This document shows, piece after piece, positions 38,568-48,336 of a DNA stretch of 64,000 nucleotides. The notes beneath the pieces were generated by a model. The model was not told where the DNA came from. It saw nothing but the letters and a program-made list of their open reading frames with translations, and did not search any database. The stretch's first letter is position 1. Every line of letters starts with the position of its first letter. The translations under genes were made by a program, and so were the position numbers. Location: the NCBI RefSeq assembly GCF_055900595.2, contig NZ_CM148325.1; one strand, 5' to 3'.

Positions 38568-39782
38568 TTACCCACCCGGAGCGACATTTTCCTTTAGCGA
38601 GTGATGCCACGTTTCTTTGCGGCTGCGTAAGCTGATAAACAGTGCCAGTAAAAAGCCGATGGCAGCGATGGCGGTATCGAACCACATAATATCGGCAATA
38701 CTTCTTTGGGATAGATGAGCCGTAATCAACGGAATAGTAAAGGTCGCAATACTGCCCGCACTGTAATAGATCCCTGTAGCTTTACCTTTAGCGTAGGGGA
38801 AACGTTCAGCCATTAATGTCAGGCCAATTTGCACAACACCTCCAGCAGAGGTAAAACCAATGACAAAAGCAAATATTATCACCACATAAAATGTGGGATG
38901 CAGACAGACGGTAAACAGAGCAATAAATGAGATAAAGGTGTACAGCATGAGTAATGTTGTTGGGCGAACGGTATTACGAATGAGTGGAGCGGTAATAAAT
39001 ACACAAAGCAGCGAACCCACGGTGTAGATACTGAGTAGTTTGATCGACATAGTGTATGACATGCCTGCAACAAATTGTCCGTACTGTGCCAGCCACTGGC
39101 TAACCAGATAAAAGGTTGCCATTGAGATATAGCCATATAAGGTATAACTGGCTAAATCGATAATTGAACAGCGATGTTCCGTAGAGTTGGTGGCTTTCTC
39201 TATGACAGGTAAGCGACGACCCGGATGGGGTGGGAACGTACAACGGTATAAAAACAGAGCATTAATAAACATAATGCCTGCGGCAATCATAAAGGACCAG
39301 CCGAACCACAGTTCAGCCCACACTAACAGGCTGATGATTAGCGGTAATAAAAATTGCCCGCTGGAAACAAATGCTTTAATTAAAATATTAGCTGTACCCG
39401 GTGAACGTGGAAAAGCTTCCATCAAACTGGGATAGGTGCCTGCATCGAGAAAACTGTTTGCCATTCCCGCCAGAAAGCCCAAACCATAAGCGATAATGAT
39501 GTTATTGGTGTGCAGGATGCCAAAAAAGAAGGCCATATAGCAGCACATCCCGAGCATGATAAAAGGGCGGCGACCAAAGCGATCGGATAATAATCCTGCA
39601 AAAAGCAAGACACTTAATCGACCAATACCCAGCGATGAGATAACTATTGAGACGCCTGCGGCATTAGTCTGCCAAAGCGTCTCCAGCGAGGCCATATTCA
39701 GGCTCATCAAAATGACGCCCATACCATGCACCAGGTAATTAAAATACAACCCAAGTGCGGTAGGGAAATAGGGATTTTTCAT
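38568..39782 (-). CDS. ydiM: MFS transporter YdiM
   Basis: 404 aa polytopic ORF, paralogue-like to ydiN. Confidence 0.88.
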   Translation of the reverse strand: MKNPYFPTALGLYFNYLVHGMGVILMSLNMASLETLWQTNAAGVSIVISSLGIGRLSVLLFAGLLSDRFGRRPFIMLGMCCYMAFFFGILHTNNIIIAYGLGFLAGMANSFLDAGTYPSLMEAFPRSPGTANILIKAFVSSGQFLLPLIISLLVWAELWFGWSFMIAAGIMFINALFLYRCTFPPHPGRRLPVIEKATNSTEHRCSIIDLASYTLYGYISMATFYLVSQWLAQYGQFVAGMSYTMSIKLLSIYTVGSLLCVFITAPLIRNTVRPTTLLMLYTFISFIALFTVCLHPTFYVVIIFAFVIGFTSAGGVVQIGLTLMAERFPYAKGKATGIYYSAGSIATFTIPLITAHLSQRSIADIMWFDTAIAAIGFLLALFISLRSRKETWHHSLKENVAPGG

Positions 39783-39880
39783 AGGTTCTACTTAGCAAAG
39801 GTGCTTTAAAAAGTGAAGCGATGTTGTGTCAGCATCCGTTCATTATTGTTATAACAACGACAATTCCTTTCTTTGGAAAA

Positions 39881-40237
39881 TTAACAAAGGCGCTCCAGAT
39901 CGTGTGCATATAATTCAGCGGCTACCGATTGATAGATCTTCCAGTCAATAAAATTGCCATCAGGGTAGACACGTTGAAACGCGGTTAAGTCAGGGAAAAA
40001 ACGCATGGTGTTGTTGCCGATGCGGTTATTTATTTTCTCTATGATGGCATGAAGATGTTTTTTTCGTTGCTGTCGCATAGCCAACAGTTGCTCGACCACA
40101 CGATCAGGAATGGCGCATTTGCCATTTTCCCACTGACGCCAGCTTTCACTGTCACCGGTCTGGGCAATCCAGGTCGCGCATTCATCAATAGTCATGGCAA
40201 AAATATGGCGAAGTGCCTGGAGTTCATAAGCGTTCAT
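39881..40237 (-). CDS. ydiL: Uncharacterised protein YdiL (118 aa)
   Basis: ATG at 40235-40237 (minus) gives MNAYELQALRHIFAMTIDECATW. Confidence 0.8.
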   Translation of the reverse strand: MNAYELQALRHIFAMTIDECATWIAQTGDSESWRQWENGKCAIPDRVVEQLLAMRQQRKKHLHAIIEKINNRIGNNTMRFFPDLTAFQRVYPDGNFIDWKIYQSVAAELYAHDLERLC

Positions 40238-40375
40238 CGTGTAATGGCTGCATGAAATAAACAATAAAATATAAATAACATTATCAGCCTGCCGACGGCT
40301 TGAAGAGAGTCACAGTATCTTGTGCAACATTATTGGAAAGAGTGAGGGGGCGAGGTAGCGAAGCGGAAAAATGTT

Positions 40376-40481
40376 AAAAAAAAGCCCATCGTGGGAGATG
40401 GGCAAAGACTACACACAGCAATTCGTTGTTTCACTCAGGGGATTTCCATGCTTATAAATCAATATGTTGATTTATAACCGT
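40376..40481 (-). ncRNA. rprA: Small regulatory RNA RprA (activator of rpoS translation)
   Basis: Minus strand reads ACGGUUAUAAAUCAACAUAUUGAUUUAUAAGCAUGGAAAUCCCCUGAGUGAAACAACGAAUUGCUGUGUGUAGUCUUUGCCCAUCUCCCACGAUGGGCUUUUUUU with terminal hairpin and U-run. Confidence 0.9.
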
Positions 40482-40666
40482 GAGCTAATAGTAGGCATAC
40501 GGACTTTTTGCGTCGATCAGATTCGTCTCATTAGTTTAAAAACTGTAAAGAATTTGCGACAGGTACTACCAGCTGAATGGCGGTAAGCAGGAAAATATAG
40601 TGAAGAGCAAGCAAATATCAATTAGCGGTGGTTAACAATCAGGCGGCAGAACCGCCTGATGAGAAA

Positions 40667-41779
40667 TTACTTATTCGGTTTCTCGATTTCGCCAAGTTCT
40701 TCGAGAATTTCTTCCGGTTGATCCGTCGGCGGTGGGACCTCTTCCACCCACGCGGCAAACAGACGCCAGGAAACGGCTAACAGAACCGGACCAATAAACA
40801 GACCGATCATCCCGAAAGCAATCAAACCACCAATAACGCCAGAGAGGATCAGGATCAGCGGTAAATCGGCACCCATGCGAATTAACATTGGGCGGATGAC
40901 GTTATCCAGCGTGCCAACCACACCGCTCCACACTAACAATACCGTTCCCCAGGTGGTATCGCCGGTCCAGTAGAGCCAGATAATCGCCGGAATCAGTACC
41001 GGCAATGGGCCAAGCTGGACAAGGCAGGAGAGGATCATTAACACCGTGAGCAACGTTGCATAAGGTACGCCGGATACCGCGAGGCCGATACCACCAAGCA
41101 CTGCCTGTACTAACGCAGTCACCACAACACCCAGCGCCACTGCGCGGATAGCTTGTGCCGCTAGCAGCACGGCGGCATCTCCACGAACGCCTGCCAGACG
41201 GGTAGCAAAATGGCGAATGCCTTGCGCCACTTGTTCACCGCGCCAGTACAGCAGGGCGCTGAAGAGAAGCATCAGCGCACAATGCACCATAAAGCGCCCG
41301 ATATGCGCCGCCTGCCCAACGAACCAGGTGGTGGTGGTGCCAATATAAGGACGGACTTTCGCCATGATCGCCGTACCCCCCATATCCAGCAAGTTGTGCC
41401 AGCCTGCATATAGCTTCGCGCCAATCACCGGAATGGTATTAAGCCACGCCAGATCGGGTAACGTCATGTCACCGCTGGAAATAGCTTTAATAAGCGGGCC
41501 GCTGCCATCGACAATACTGTTAACCAACAAGGCAATAGGGATGATAAACACCATCACTAATAACAGCGTCATCACCAGAACGGCGAGAGAGCGGCGGCCA
41601 AACATTATCTTTTGCAAACGTAACAATACCGGCCAGGTGGCGATAACCACCGTACCGGCCCATGCAAAGCCGAGAATAAAGGGTTGAACAATCCACAGAC
41701 ATGCCACAATCATGATGGCTAAAAACAGCACCGAAAGCAGAATTTGTGCGACATCCCTGGGCTGACGAACATTTACCAT
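40667..41779 (-). CDS. ydiK: AI-2E family (PerM-like) membrane transporter
   Basis: 370 aa polytopic ORF, recognised YdiK sequence. Confidence 0.9.
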   Translation of the reverse strand: MVNVRQPRDVAQILLSVLFLAIMIVACLWIVQPFILGFAWAGTVVIATWPVLLRLQKIMFGRRSLAVLVMTLLLVMVFIIPIALLVNSIVDGSGPLIKAISSGDMTLPDLAWLNTIPVIGAKLYAGWHNLLDMGGTAIMAKVRPYIGTTTTWFVGQAAHIGRFMVHCALMLLFSALLYWRGEQVAQGIRHFATRLAGVRGDAAVLLAAQAIRAVALGVVVTALVQAVLGGIGLAVSGVPYATLLTVLMILSCLVQLGPLPVLIPAIIWLYWTGDTTWGTVLLVWSGVVGTLDNVIRPMLIRMGADLPLILILSGVIGGLIAFGMIGLFIGPVLLAVSWRLFAAWVEEVPPPTDQPEEILEELGEIEKPNK

Positions 41780-42164
41780 AACTACTTTTCACCTTTTTTG
41801 TGCGTCAAATCGTCGACGCGACGTGAACACGCGAAACTCACCTGCATAATGATGAGCAATTTCAGCGGTTTTTAACAGGCCGATTCTGCCCTTAATTCTG
41901 ATGGGCGTGTTAGAAAAAAATGTGGTACAACAACTCAGGCAACACGCAAACGATTTACTCGTCGTATTTCAAATTGCATGTGCTGCGGCTACGTTCGTTC
42001 ACCCCAGTCACTTACTTTGTAAGCTCCTGGAGTTCACTCGCTTGCCGCCTTCCTGCAACTCGAAATCCATAGAGTAAACAAACATCACCTTTCAGTGCGC
42101 TATTAGCAGCCTGAAAGAACAGTGTATCGTTCTACATCACAGACCGCAGGAAAGGGTCAATATA

Positions 42165-45100
42165 ATGATTCCACAGATTTCCCAGGCACCCGGCGTCGTT
42201 CAATTGGTGCTTAATTTTTTGCAAGAGCTGGAGCAACAGGGTTTTACCGGCGATACGGCGACAAGTTATGCCGATCGTCTGACAATGTCGACCGACAACA
42301 GTATTTACCAACTTCTCCCCGATGCGGTGGTATTTCCGCGTTCAACCGCAGATGTGGCGCTGATCGCCCGTCTTGCCGCGCAGGAACGCTATTCATCGCT
42401 GATCTTTACCCCCCGCGGCGGCGGCACCGGCACTAACGGTCAGGCGCTCAACCAGGGGATTATTGTTGATATGTCCCGCCATATGAACCGCATCATCGAA
42501 ATTAACCCTGAAGAGGGCTGGGTGCGCGTTGAGGCCGGGGTGATAAAAGATCAACTCAATCAGTACCTGAAACCATTCGGCTACTTTTTTGCGCCGGAAC
42601 TTTCGACCAGCAACCGGGCAACGCTCGGTGGGATGATCAATACCGATGCATCCGGTCAGGGATCGCTGGTCTATGGCAAAACGTCAGATCACGTACTTGG
42701 CGTACGCGCGGTGTTGTTGGGGGGCGATATTCTCGATACGCAACCTTTACCCGTCGAACTGGCGGAAACGCTGGGTAAATCCAATACTACAATCGGGCGA
42801 ATTTATAACACGGTTTATCAACGTTGCCGTCAGCAACGCCAGTTAATTATCGACAAATTCCCCAAACTTAACCGTTTTCTGACGGGTTACGATCTGCGTC
42901 ATGTCTTTAACGATGAGATGACTGAGTTCGACCTGACGCGCATTCTGACGGGTTCAGAAGGGACGCTGGCCTTTATTACCGAAGCGCGGCTGGATATTAC
43001 GCCCTTGCCTAAAGTGCGCCGTCTGGTGAACGTCAAATATGACTCTTTTGACTCCGCGCTGCGTAACGCGCCGTTTATGGTTGAGGCGCGGGCGCTTTCG
43101 GTAGAGACGGTAGACTCAAAAGTGCTGAATCTGGCGCGGGAAGATATTGTCTGGCATTCCGTCAGCGAGTTGATTACCGATGTGCCTGACAAAGAAATGC
43201 TCGGGCTGAACATTGTGGAATTTGCTGGTGATGATGAGACGCTGATTGATGAGCGGGTAAATGCACTCTGTGCGCGGTTGGATGAACTGATTGCCAGCCA
43301 ACAGGCAGGTGTGATTGGCTGGCAGGTGTGCCGCGAACTGGCAGGTGTTGAGCGTATTTATGCCATGCGCAAAAAAGCCGTCGGCCTGCTCGGTAATGCC
43401 AAAGGAGCAGCCAAACCGATTCCGTTTGCTGAGGATACCTGCGTACCGCCGGAACATCTGGCGGATTATATTGCTGAATTTCGCGCGCTGCTCGACAGCC
43501 ACGGCTTAAGCTACGGTATGTTCGGTCACGTCGACGCAGGTGTCTTGCACGTCCGTCCGGCACTGGATATGTGCGATCCGCAACAAGAGATTTTGATGAA
43601 GCAAATCTCTGATGATGTAGTGGCGTTGACTGCGAAATACGGTGGTTTGTTGTGGGGCGAACATGGTAAAGGTTTTCGTGCCGAATACAGCCCGGCGTTT
43701 TTCGGTGAGGAACTTTTTGCAGAACTGCGCAAAGTGAAAGCGGCATTTGACCCGCATAACCGACTCAACCCAGGGAAGATTTGCCCGCCAGAAGGTCTCG
43801 ATGCGCCGATGATGAAAGTGGACGCGGTGAAGCGTGGCACATATGATCGACAGATCCCCATCGCGGTACGCCAGCAGTGGCGCGGGGCAATGGAGTGTAA
43901 TGGCAACGGTTTATGCTTCAACTTTGATGCCCGCAGTCCGATGTGCCCGTCGATGAAGATTACTCAGAACCGGATTCATTCACCGAAAGGACGCGCAACG
44001 CTGGTGCGTGAGTGGCTGCGTTTGTTGGCAGATCGCGGCGTTGACCCACTCAAACTGGAACAAGAACTGCCTGAATCCGGAGTCAGTTTGCGGACGTTAA
44101 TTGCCCGCACGCGCAATAGCTGGCATGCGAATAAAGGCGAATATGACTTCTCACACGAAGTCAAAGAGGCGATGTCGGGTTGCCTGGCCTGTAAAGCGTG
44201 TTCGACTCAGTGCCCCATCAAAATTGACGTGCCTGAGTTTCGTTCTCGCTTTCTGCAACTCTATCACACCCGTTATTTGCGCCCCCTGCGCGACCACCTC
44301 GTCGCCACGGTCGAGAGCTACGCACCGCTGATGGCTCGTGCACCGAAGACTTTTAACTTCTTCATTAACCAGCCGCTGGTGCGCAAACTCTCCGAAAAAC
44401 ATATCGGCATGGTTGATTTGCCGCTGCTGTCGGTTCCCTCGCTGCAACAACAAATGGTGGGGCATCGCTCGGCAAACATGACGCTGGAACAGCTTGAAGT
44501 TCTCAATGCAGAGCAGAAAGCGCGCACGGTGTTGGTGGTGCAGGACCCCTTTACCAGCTATTACGATGCGCAAGTGGTGGCGGATTTTGTCCGTCTGGTC
44601 GAAAAATTAGGTTTCCAGCCCGTGTTACTGCCATTTTCGCCGAATGGCAAAGCCCAGCATATCAAAGGCTTTCTTAATCGTTTTGCGAAGACGGCGAAAA
44701 AGACGGCGGATTTCCTCAACCGTGTGGCGAAGCTGGGGATGCCAATGGTGGGCGTCGATCCGGCGCTGGTACTTTGTTATCGCGATGAATATAAACTGGC
44801 GCTGGGCGAGGAACGTGGCGAGTTTAACGTCTTACTGGCGAATGAATGGCTGGCAAGCGCACTTGACTCACAGCCAGTGGCTACAGTCAGCGGTGAATCA
44901 TGGTATTTCTTTGGTCACTGTACCGAGGTTACCGCTTTGCCGGGCGCGCCAGCACAATGGGCTGCGATATTTGCCCGTTTTGGCGCGAAACTGGAAAATG
45001 TCAGCGTGGGTTGCTGCGGCATGGCAGGGACTTACGGACATGAAGCGAAAAATCATAAAAACTCGCTCGGGATCTATGAGTTATCCTGGCATCAGGCGAT

Positions 45101-45221
45101 GCAGCGACTGCCGCGTAACCGCTGTCTGGCGACCGGATATTCCTGTCGCGGCCAGGTAAAACGGGTTGAAGGCACGGGGGTACGCCATCCTGTGCAGGCT
45201 TTACTGGAGATTATTAAATGA
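42165..45221 (+). CDS. ydiJ: Large FAD-linked oxidase fused to Fe-S / glycolate-oxidase-type C-terminal domain (D-2-hydroxyglutarate dehydrogenase-like)
   Basis: 1018 aa ORF; N-terminal FAD-binding region, internal CxxCxxC motifs (CLACKACSTQC). Confidence 0.9.
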   Translation: MIPQISQAPGVVQLVLNFLQELEQQGFTGDTATSYADRLTMSTDNSIYQLLPDAVVFPRSTADVALIARLAAQERYSSLIFTPRGGGTGTNGQALNQGIIVDMSRHMNRIIEINPEEGWVRVEAGVIKDQLNQYLKPFGYFFAPELSTSNRATLGGMINTDASGQGSLVYGKTSDHVLGVRAVLLGGDILDTQPLPVELAETLGKSNTTIGRIYNTVYQRCRQQRQLIIDKFPKLNRFLTGYDLRHVFNDEMTEFDLTRILTGSEGTLAFITEARLDITPLPKVRRLVNVKYDSFDSALRNAPFMVEARALSVETVDSKVLNLAREDIVWHSVSELITDVPDKEMLGLNIVEFAGDDETLIDERVNALCARLDELIASQQAGVIGWQVCRELAGVERIYAMRKKAVGLLGNAKGAAKPIPFAEDTCVPPEHLADYIAEFRALLDSHGLSYGMFGHVDAGVLHVRPALDMCDPQQEILMKQISDDVVALTAKYGGLLWGEHGKGFRAEYSPAFFGEELFAELRKVKAAFDPHNRLNPGKICPPEGLDAPMMKVDAVKRGTYDRQIPIAVRQQWRGAMECNGNGLCFNFDARSPMCPSMKITQNRIHSPKGRATLVREWLRLLADRGVDPLKLEQELPESGVSLRTLIARTRNSWHANKGEYDFSHEVKEAMSGCLACKACSTQCPIKIDVPEFRSRFLQLYHTRYLRPLRDHLVATVESYAPLMARAPKTFNFFINQPLVRKLSEKHIGMVDLPLLSVPSLQQQMVGHRSANMTLEQLEVLNAEQKARTVLVVQDPFTSYYDAQVVADFVRLVEKLGFQPVLLPFSPNGKAQHIKGFLNRFAKTAKKTADFLNRVAKLGMPMVGVDPALVLCYRDEYKLALGEERGEFNVLLANEWLASALDSQPVATVSGESWYFFGHCTEVTALPGAPAQWAAIFARFGAKLENVSVGCCGMAGTYGHEAKNHKNSLGIYELSWHQAMQRLPRNRCLATGYSCRGQVKRVEGTGVRHPVQALLEIIK

Positions 45222-45628
45222 TATGGAAACGAAAAATCACCCTGGAAGCACTGAATGCAATGGGTGAAGGAAACATGGTGGGGTTGCTGGATATTCGCTT
45301 TGAACATATTGGTGATGACACCCTTGAAGCGACAATGCCAGTAGACTCGCGGACAAAGCAGCCTTTCGGGTTGCTGCATGGAGGGGCATCCGTGGTATTG
45401 GCCGAAAGTATCGGTTCCGTTGCCGGTTATTTATGTACCGAAGGTGAGCAAAAGGTGGTTGGTCTGGAAATCAATGCTAATCATGTTCGCTCGGCACGAG
45501 AAGGGCGGGTACGCGGCGTATGTAAACCGTTGCATCTCGGTTCACGTCATCAGGTTTGGCAGATAGAAATCCTCGATGAGAAAGGGCGTTTGTGCTGTTC
45601 GTCACGATTGACGACAGCCATTTTGTGA
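45218..45628 (+). CDS. menI: Hotdog-fold 1,4-dihydroxy-2-naphthoyl-CoA thioesterase
   Basis: 136 aa ORF, recognised YdiI/MenI sequence; overlaps ydiJ stop. Confidence 0.92.
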   Translation: MIWKRKITLEALNAMGEGNMVGLLDIRFEHIGDDTLEATMPVDSRTKQPFGLLHGGASVVLAESIGSVAGYLCTEGEQKVVGLEINANHVRSAREGRVRGVCKPLHLGSRHQVWQIEILDEKGRLCCSSRLTTAIL

Positions 45629-45727
45629 CGTTGTCACCAGAAAAATGTGACGCATATTGCTTTTGGTCATTATCTGCACAGTAAACGGTGGTATACTGTG
45701 CAGGTCTTGTCTAAAAGCGAGGATGCT

Positions 45728-45916
45728 ATGTCTACTCAACTTGATCCCACCCAGCTGGCCATTGAATTTTTACGCCGTGACCAAAGCAATCTTTCACCTG
45801 CCCAATATCTCAAACGTCTGAAACAATTAGAACTTGAATTCGCTGACTTGCTTACTCTCTCTTCTGCTGAATTAAAAGAAGAAATCTACTTTGCCTGGCG
45901 TTTGGGCGTGCATTGA
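45728..45916 (+). CDS. ydiH: Small protein YdiH (62 aa)
   Basis: ATG at 45728 gives MSTQLDPTQLAIEFLRRDQSNLSPAQYLKRLKQLELEF. Confidence 0.75.
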   Translation: MSTQLDPTQLAIEFLRRDQSNLSPAQYLKRLKQLELEFADLLTLSSAELKEEIYFAWRLGVH

Positions 45917-46068
45917 TCCTGACGTAATGCCGCGAGTTCGCCAAATCGGCCTGGATTAATCTTCGTCCAGGTTCGAGGGCCTTCTTAATACTGCTTATCT
46001 ACCCGCCTGATAACGTTCAAAAATAATACAAATCGCAGTTTGTGCTAAAACGGCGGCTTAGCTTTATG

Positions 46069-46180
46069 AGACTATTCTTATCGCCCCTTCGAGCTAAGCC
46101 ACTGTGAGTGCCGGAGATAAGCGCCGGATGGGGTAGAAACCCTTAAGCCTGTGATGCACAGACTTAAGGGTTTTCTTATT
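46069..46180 (+). ncRNA. rydB: Candidate small RNA (position consistent with RydB) ending in a strong terminator hairpin; bounds approximate
   Basis: CCCTTAAG-loop-CTTAAGGG hairpin at 46140-46170 followed by TTTTCTTATTT; ydiH-sufA intergenic location; sequence identity to RydB recalled only approximately. Confidence 0.4.
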
Positions 46181-46402
46181 TCTGAACGCTGCACTTTTTT
46201 ACCTATCTCTTAAATAGTCATTTTCAATACAACTTTTTCTTTTTCATCACAGCCTTAATGCTCCTTAGATAATAATCATTATCTAACAATGAGATACCTA
46301 ATTCTTAGCGTGCCTGTTAACCCACACATCAGGGTCTATGCTTATTAAAAGCAGGCAAAAAGCATGTTTTACGGTAAAGCCCCTGCGTTTGCTGGGTTGA
46401 AC

Positions 46403-46420
46403 TGATAATCATTATCACTA
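46403..46420 (+). promoter_or_regulatory. Putative Fur box in suf operon promoter
   Basis: TGATAATCATTATCACTA 43-60 nt upstream of sufA ATG; near-match to Fur consensus; second similar element ATAATAATCATTATC at 46269-46283. Confidence 0.6.
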
Positions 46421-46462
46421 ACATGCTGTTATACGCTGAAAGCGATGAAGTGAGGTAAATCG

Positions 46463-46831
46463 ATGGACATGCATTCAGGAACCTTTAATCCACAGGATTT
46501 CGCCTGGCAGGGTTTAACGCTGACACCCGCAGCCGCTGTCCACATCCGTGAGCTGGTGGCAAAGCAACCAGGTATGGTCGGCGTGCGCTTAGGCGTGAAG
46601 CAAACGGGCTGCGCGGGATTTGGCTATGTGCTCGACAGTGTTAGCGAGCCAGACAAAGACGATCTGCTGTTTGAACATGACGGCGCGAAGCTGTTTGTCC
46701 CGCTGCAAGCGATGCCGTTTATTGATGGCACGGAAGTCGATTTCGTTCGTGAAGGACTTAATCAGATATTCAAATTTCACAACCCGAAAGCCCAGAATGA
46801 ATGTGGCTGTGGCGAAAGCTTTGGGGTATAG
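46463..46831 (+). CDS. sufA: Fe-S cluster A-type carrier
   Basis: 122 aa ORF with C-terminal CGCGESF motif. Confidence 0.95.
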   Translation: MDMHSGTFNPQDFAWQGLTLTPAAAVHIRELVAKQPGMVGVRLGVKQTGCAGFGYVLDSVSEPDKDDLLFEHDGAKLFVPLQAMPFIDGTEVDFVREGLNQIFKFHNPKAQNECGCGESFGV

Positions 46832-46839
46832 GCGGTACT

Positions 46840-48327
46840 ATGTCTCGTAATACTGAAGCAACTGACGATGTCAAAACCTGGACCGGCGGCCCGCTGAATT
46901 ATAAAGAAGGATTCTTCACCCAGTTAGCCACTGATGAGCTGGCAAAGGGGATAAACGAAGAGGTGGTGCGCGCAATATCGGCGAAGCGTAATGAGCCGGA
47001 GTGGATGCTGGAGTTTCGTCTCAATGCCTATCGCGCATGGCTGGAGATGGAAGAGCCGCACTGGCTGAAAGCGCACTACGACAAGCTGAATTATCAGGAT
47101 TACAGCTACTACTCAGCACCATCGTGCGGTAATTGTGACGACAACTGCGCGTCTGAACCCGGCGCGGTGCAGCAAACTGGCGCGAACGCCTTTTTAAGTA
47201 AAGAGGTGGAGGCGGCGTTTGAGCAGTTGGGCGTTCCCGTGCGGGAAGGCAAAGAGGTGGCGGTGGATGCCATTTTCGACTCTGTTTCGGTTGCCACCAC
47301 TTATCGCGAAAAACTGGCGGAGCAGGGAATTATTTTTTGCTCCTTTGGCGAGGCGATCCACGATCACCCGGAACTGGTGCGTAAATATCTCGGCACCGTG
47401 GTGCCGGGGAATGACAACTTCTTTGCCGCGCTTAATGCGGCGGTAGCCTCTGACGGTACGTTTATTTATGTGCCTAAAGGCGTGCGCTGCCCGATGGAAC
47501 TTTCCACCTATTTTCGCATTAACGCGGAAAAAACCGGGCAGTTTGAGCGCACCATTCTGGTGGCCGACGAAGACAGCTACGTCAGCTACATTGAAGGCTG
47601 TTCCGCTCCGGTGCGTGACAGCTATCAGTTACACGCGGCGGTGGTGGAAGTCATCATCCATAAAAACGCCGAGGTGAAATATTCCACGGTACAAAACTGG
47701 TTCCCTGGCGATAACAACACCGGCGGTATTCTCAATTTCGTCACCAAGCGTGCTTTGTGCGAAGGCGAAAACAGCAAAATGTCATGGACGCAATCAGAAA
47801 CCGGGTCAGCGATTACGTGGAAATATCCCAGCTGCATTTTGCGCGGCGATAACTCCATTGGTGAGTTTTACTCGGTGGCACTGACCAGCGGTCATCAGCA
47901 AGCGGATACCGGCACCAAGATGATCCACATCGGTAAAAACACCAAATCGACCATTATCTCGAAAGGGATCTCTGCCGGACATAGTCAGAACAGTTATCGC
48001 GGCTTAGTGAAAATCATGCCGACGGCAACCAATGCGCGCAATTTCACTCAGTGCGACTCAATGCTGATTGGCGCTAATTGTGGGGCGCATACCTTCCCGT
48101 ATGTCGAATGTCGCAATAACAGCGCACAACTGGAGCACGAGGCAACGACATCACGTATTGGTGAAGATCAACTGTTTTACTGCCTGCAACGCGGGATCAG
48201 CGAAGAAGACGCCATCTCGATGATTGTTAACGGTTTCTGCAAAGACGTGTTCTCAGAACTGCCGCTGGAATTTGCCGTTGAAGCACAAAAACTCCTCGCC
48301 ATCAGTCTTGAACACAGCGTCGGATAA
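46840..48327 (+). CDS. sufB: Fe-S cluster scaffold SufB
   Basis: ATG at 46840 gives [26 protein letters not shown]; 495 aa. Confidence 0.95.
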   Translation: MSRNTEATDDVKTWTGGPLNYKEGFFTQLATDELAKGINEEVVRAISAKRNEPEWMLEFRLNAYRAWLEMEEPHWLKAHYDKLNYQDYSYYSAPSCGNCDDNCASEPGAVQQTGANAFLSKEVEAAFEQLGVPVREGKEVAVDAIFDSVSVATTYREKLAEQGIIFCSFGEAIHDHPELVRKYLGTVVPGNDNFFAALNAAVASDGTFIYVPKGVRCPMELSTYFRINAEKTGQFERTILVADEDSYVSYIEGCSAPVRDSYQLHAAVVEVIIHKNAEVKYSTVQNWFPGDNNTGGILNFVTKRALCEGENSKMSWTQSETGSAITWKYPSCILRGDNSIGEFYSVALTSGHQQADTGTKMIHIGKNTKSTIISKGISAGHSQNSYRGLVKIMPTATNARNFTQCDSMLIGANCGAHTFPYVECRNNSAQLEHEATTSRIGEDQLFYCLQRGISEEDAISMIVNGFCKDVFSELPLEFAVEAQKLLAISLEHSVG

Positions 48328-48336
48328 GGAATAAAC

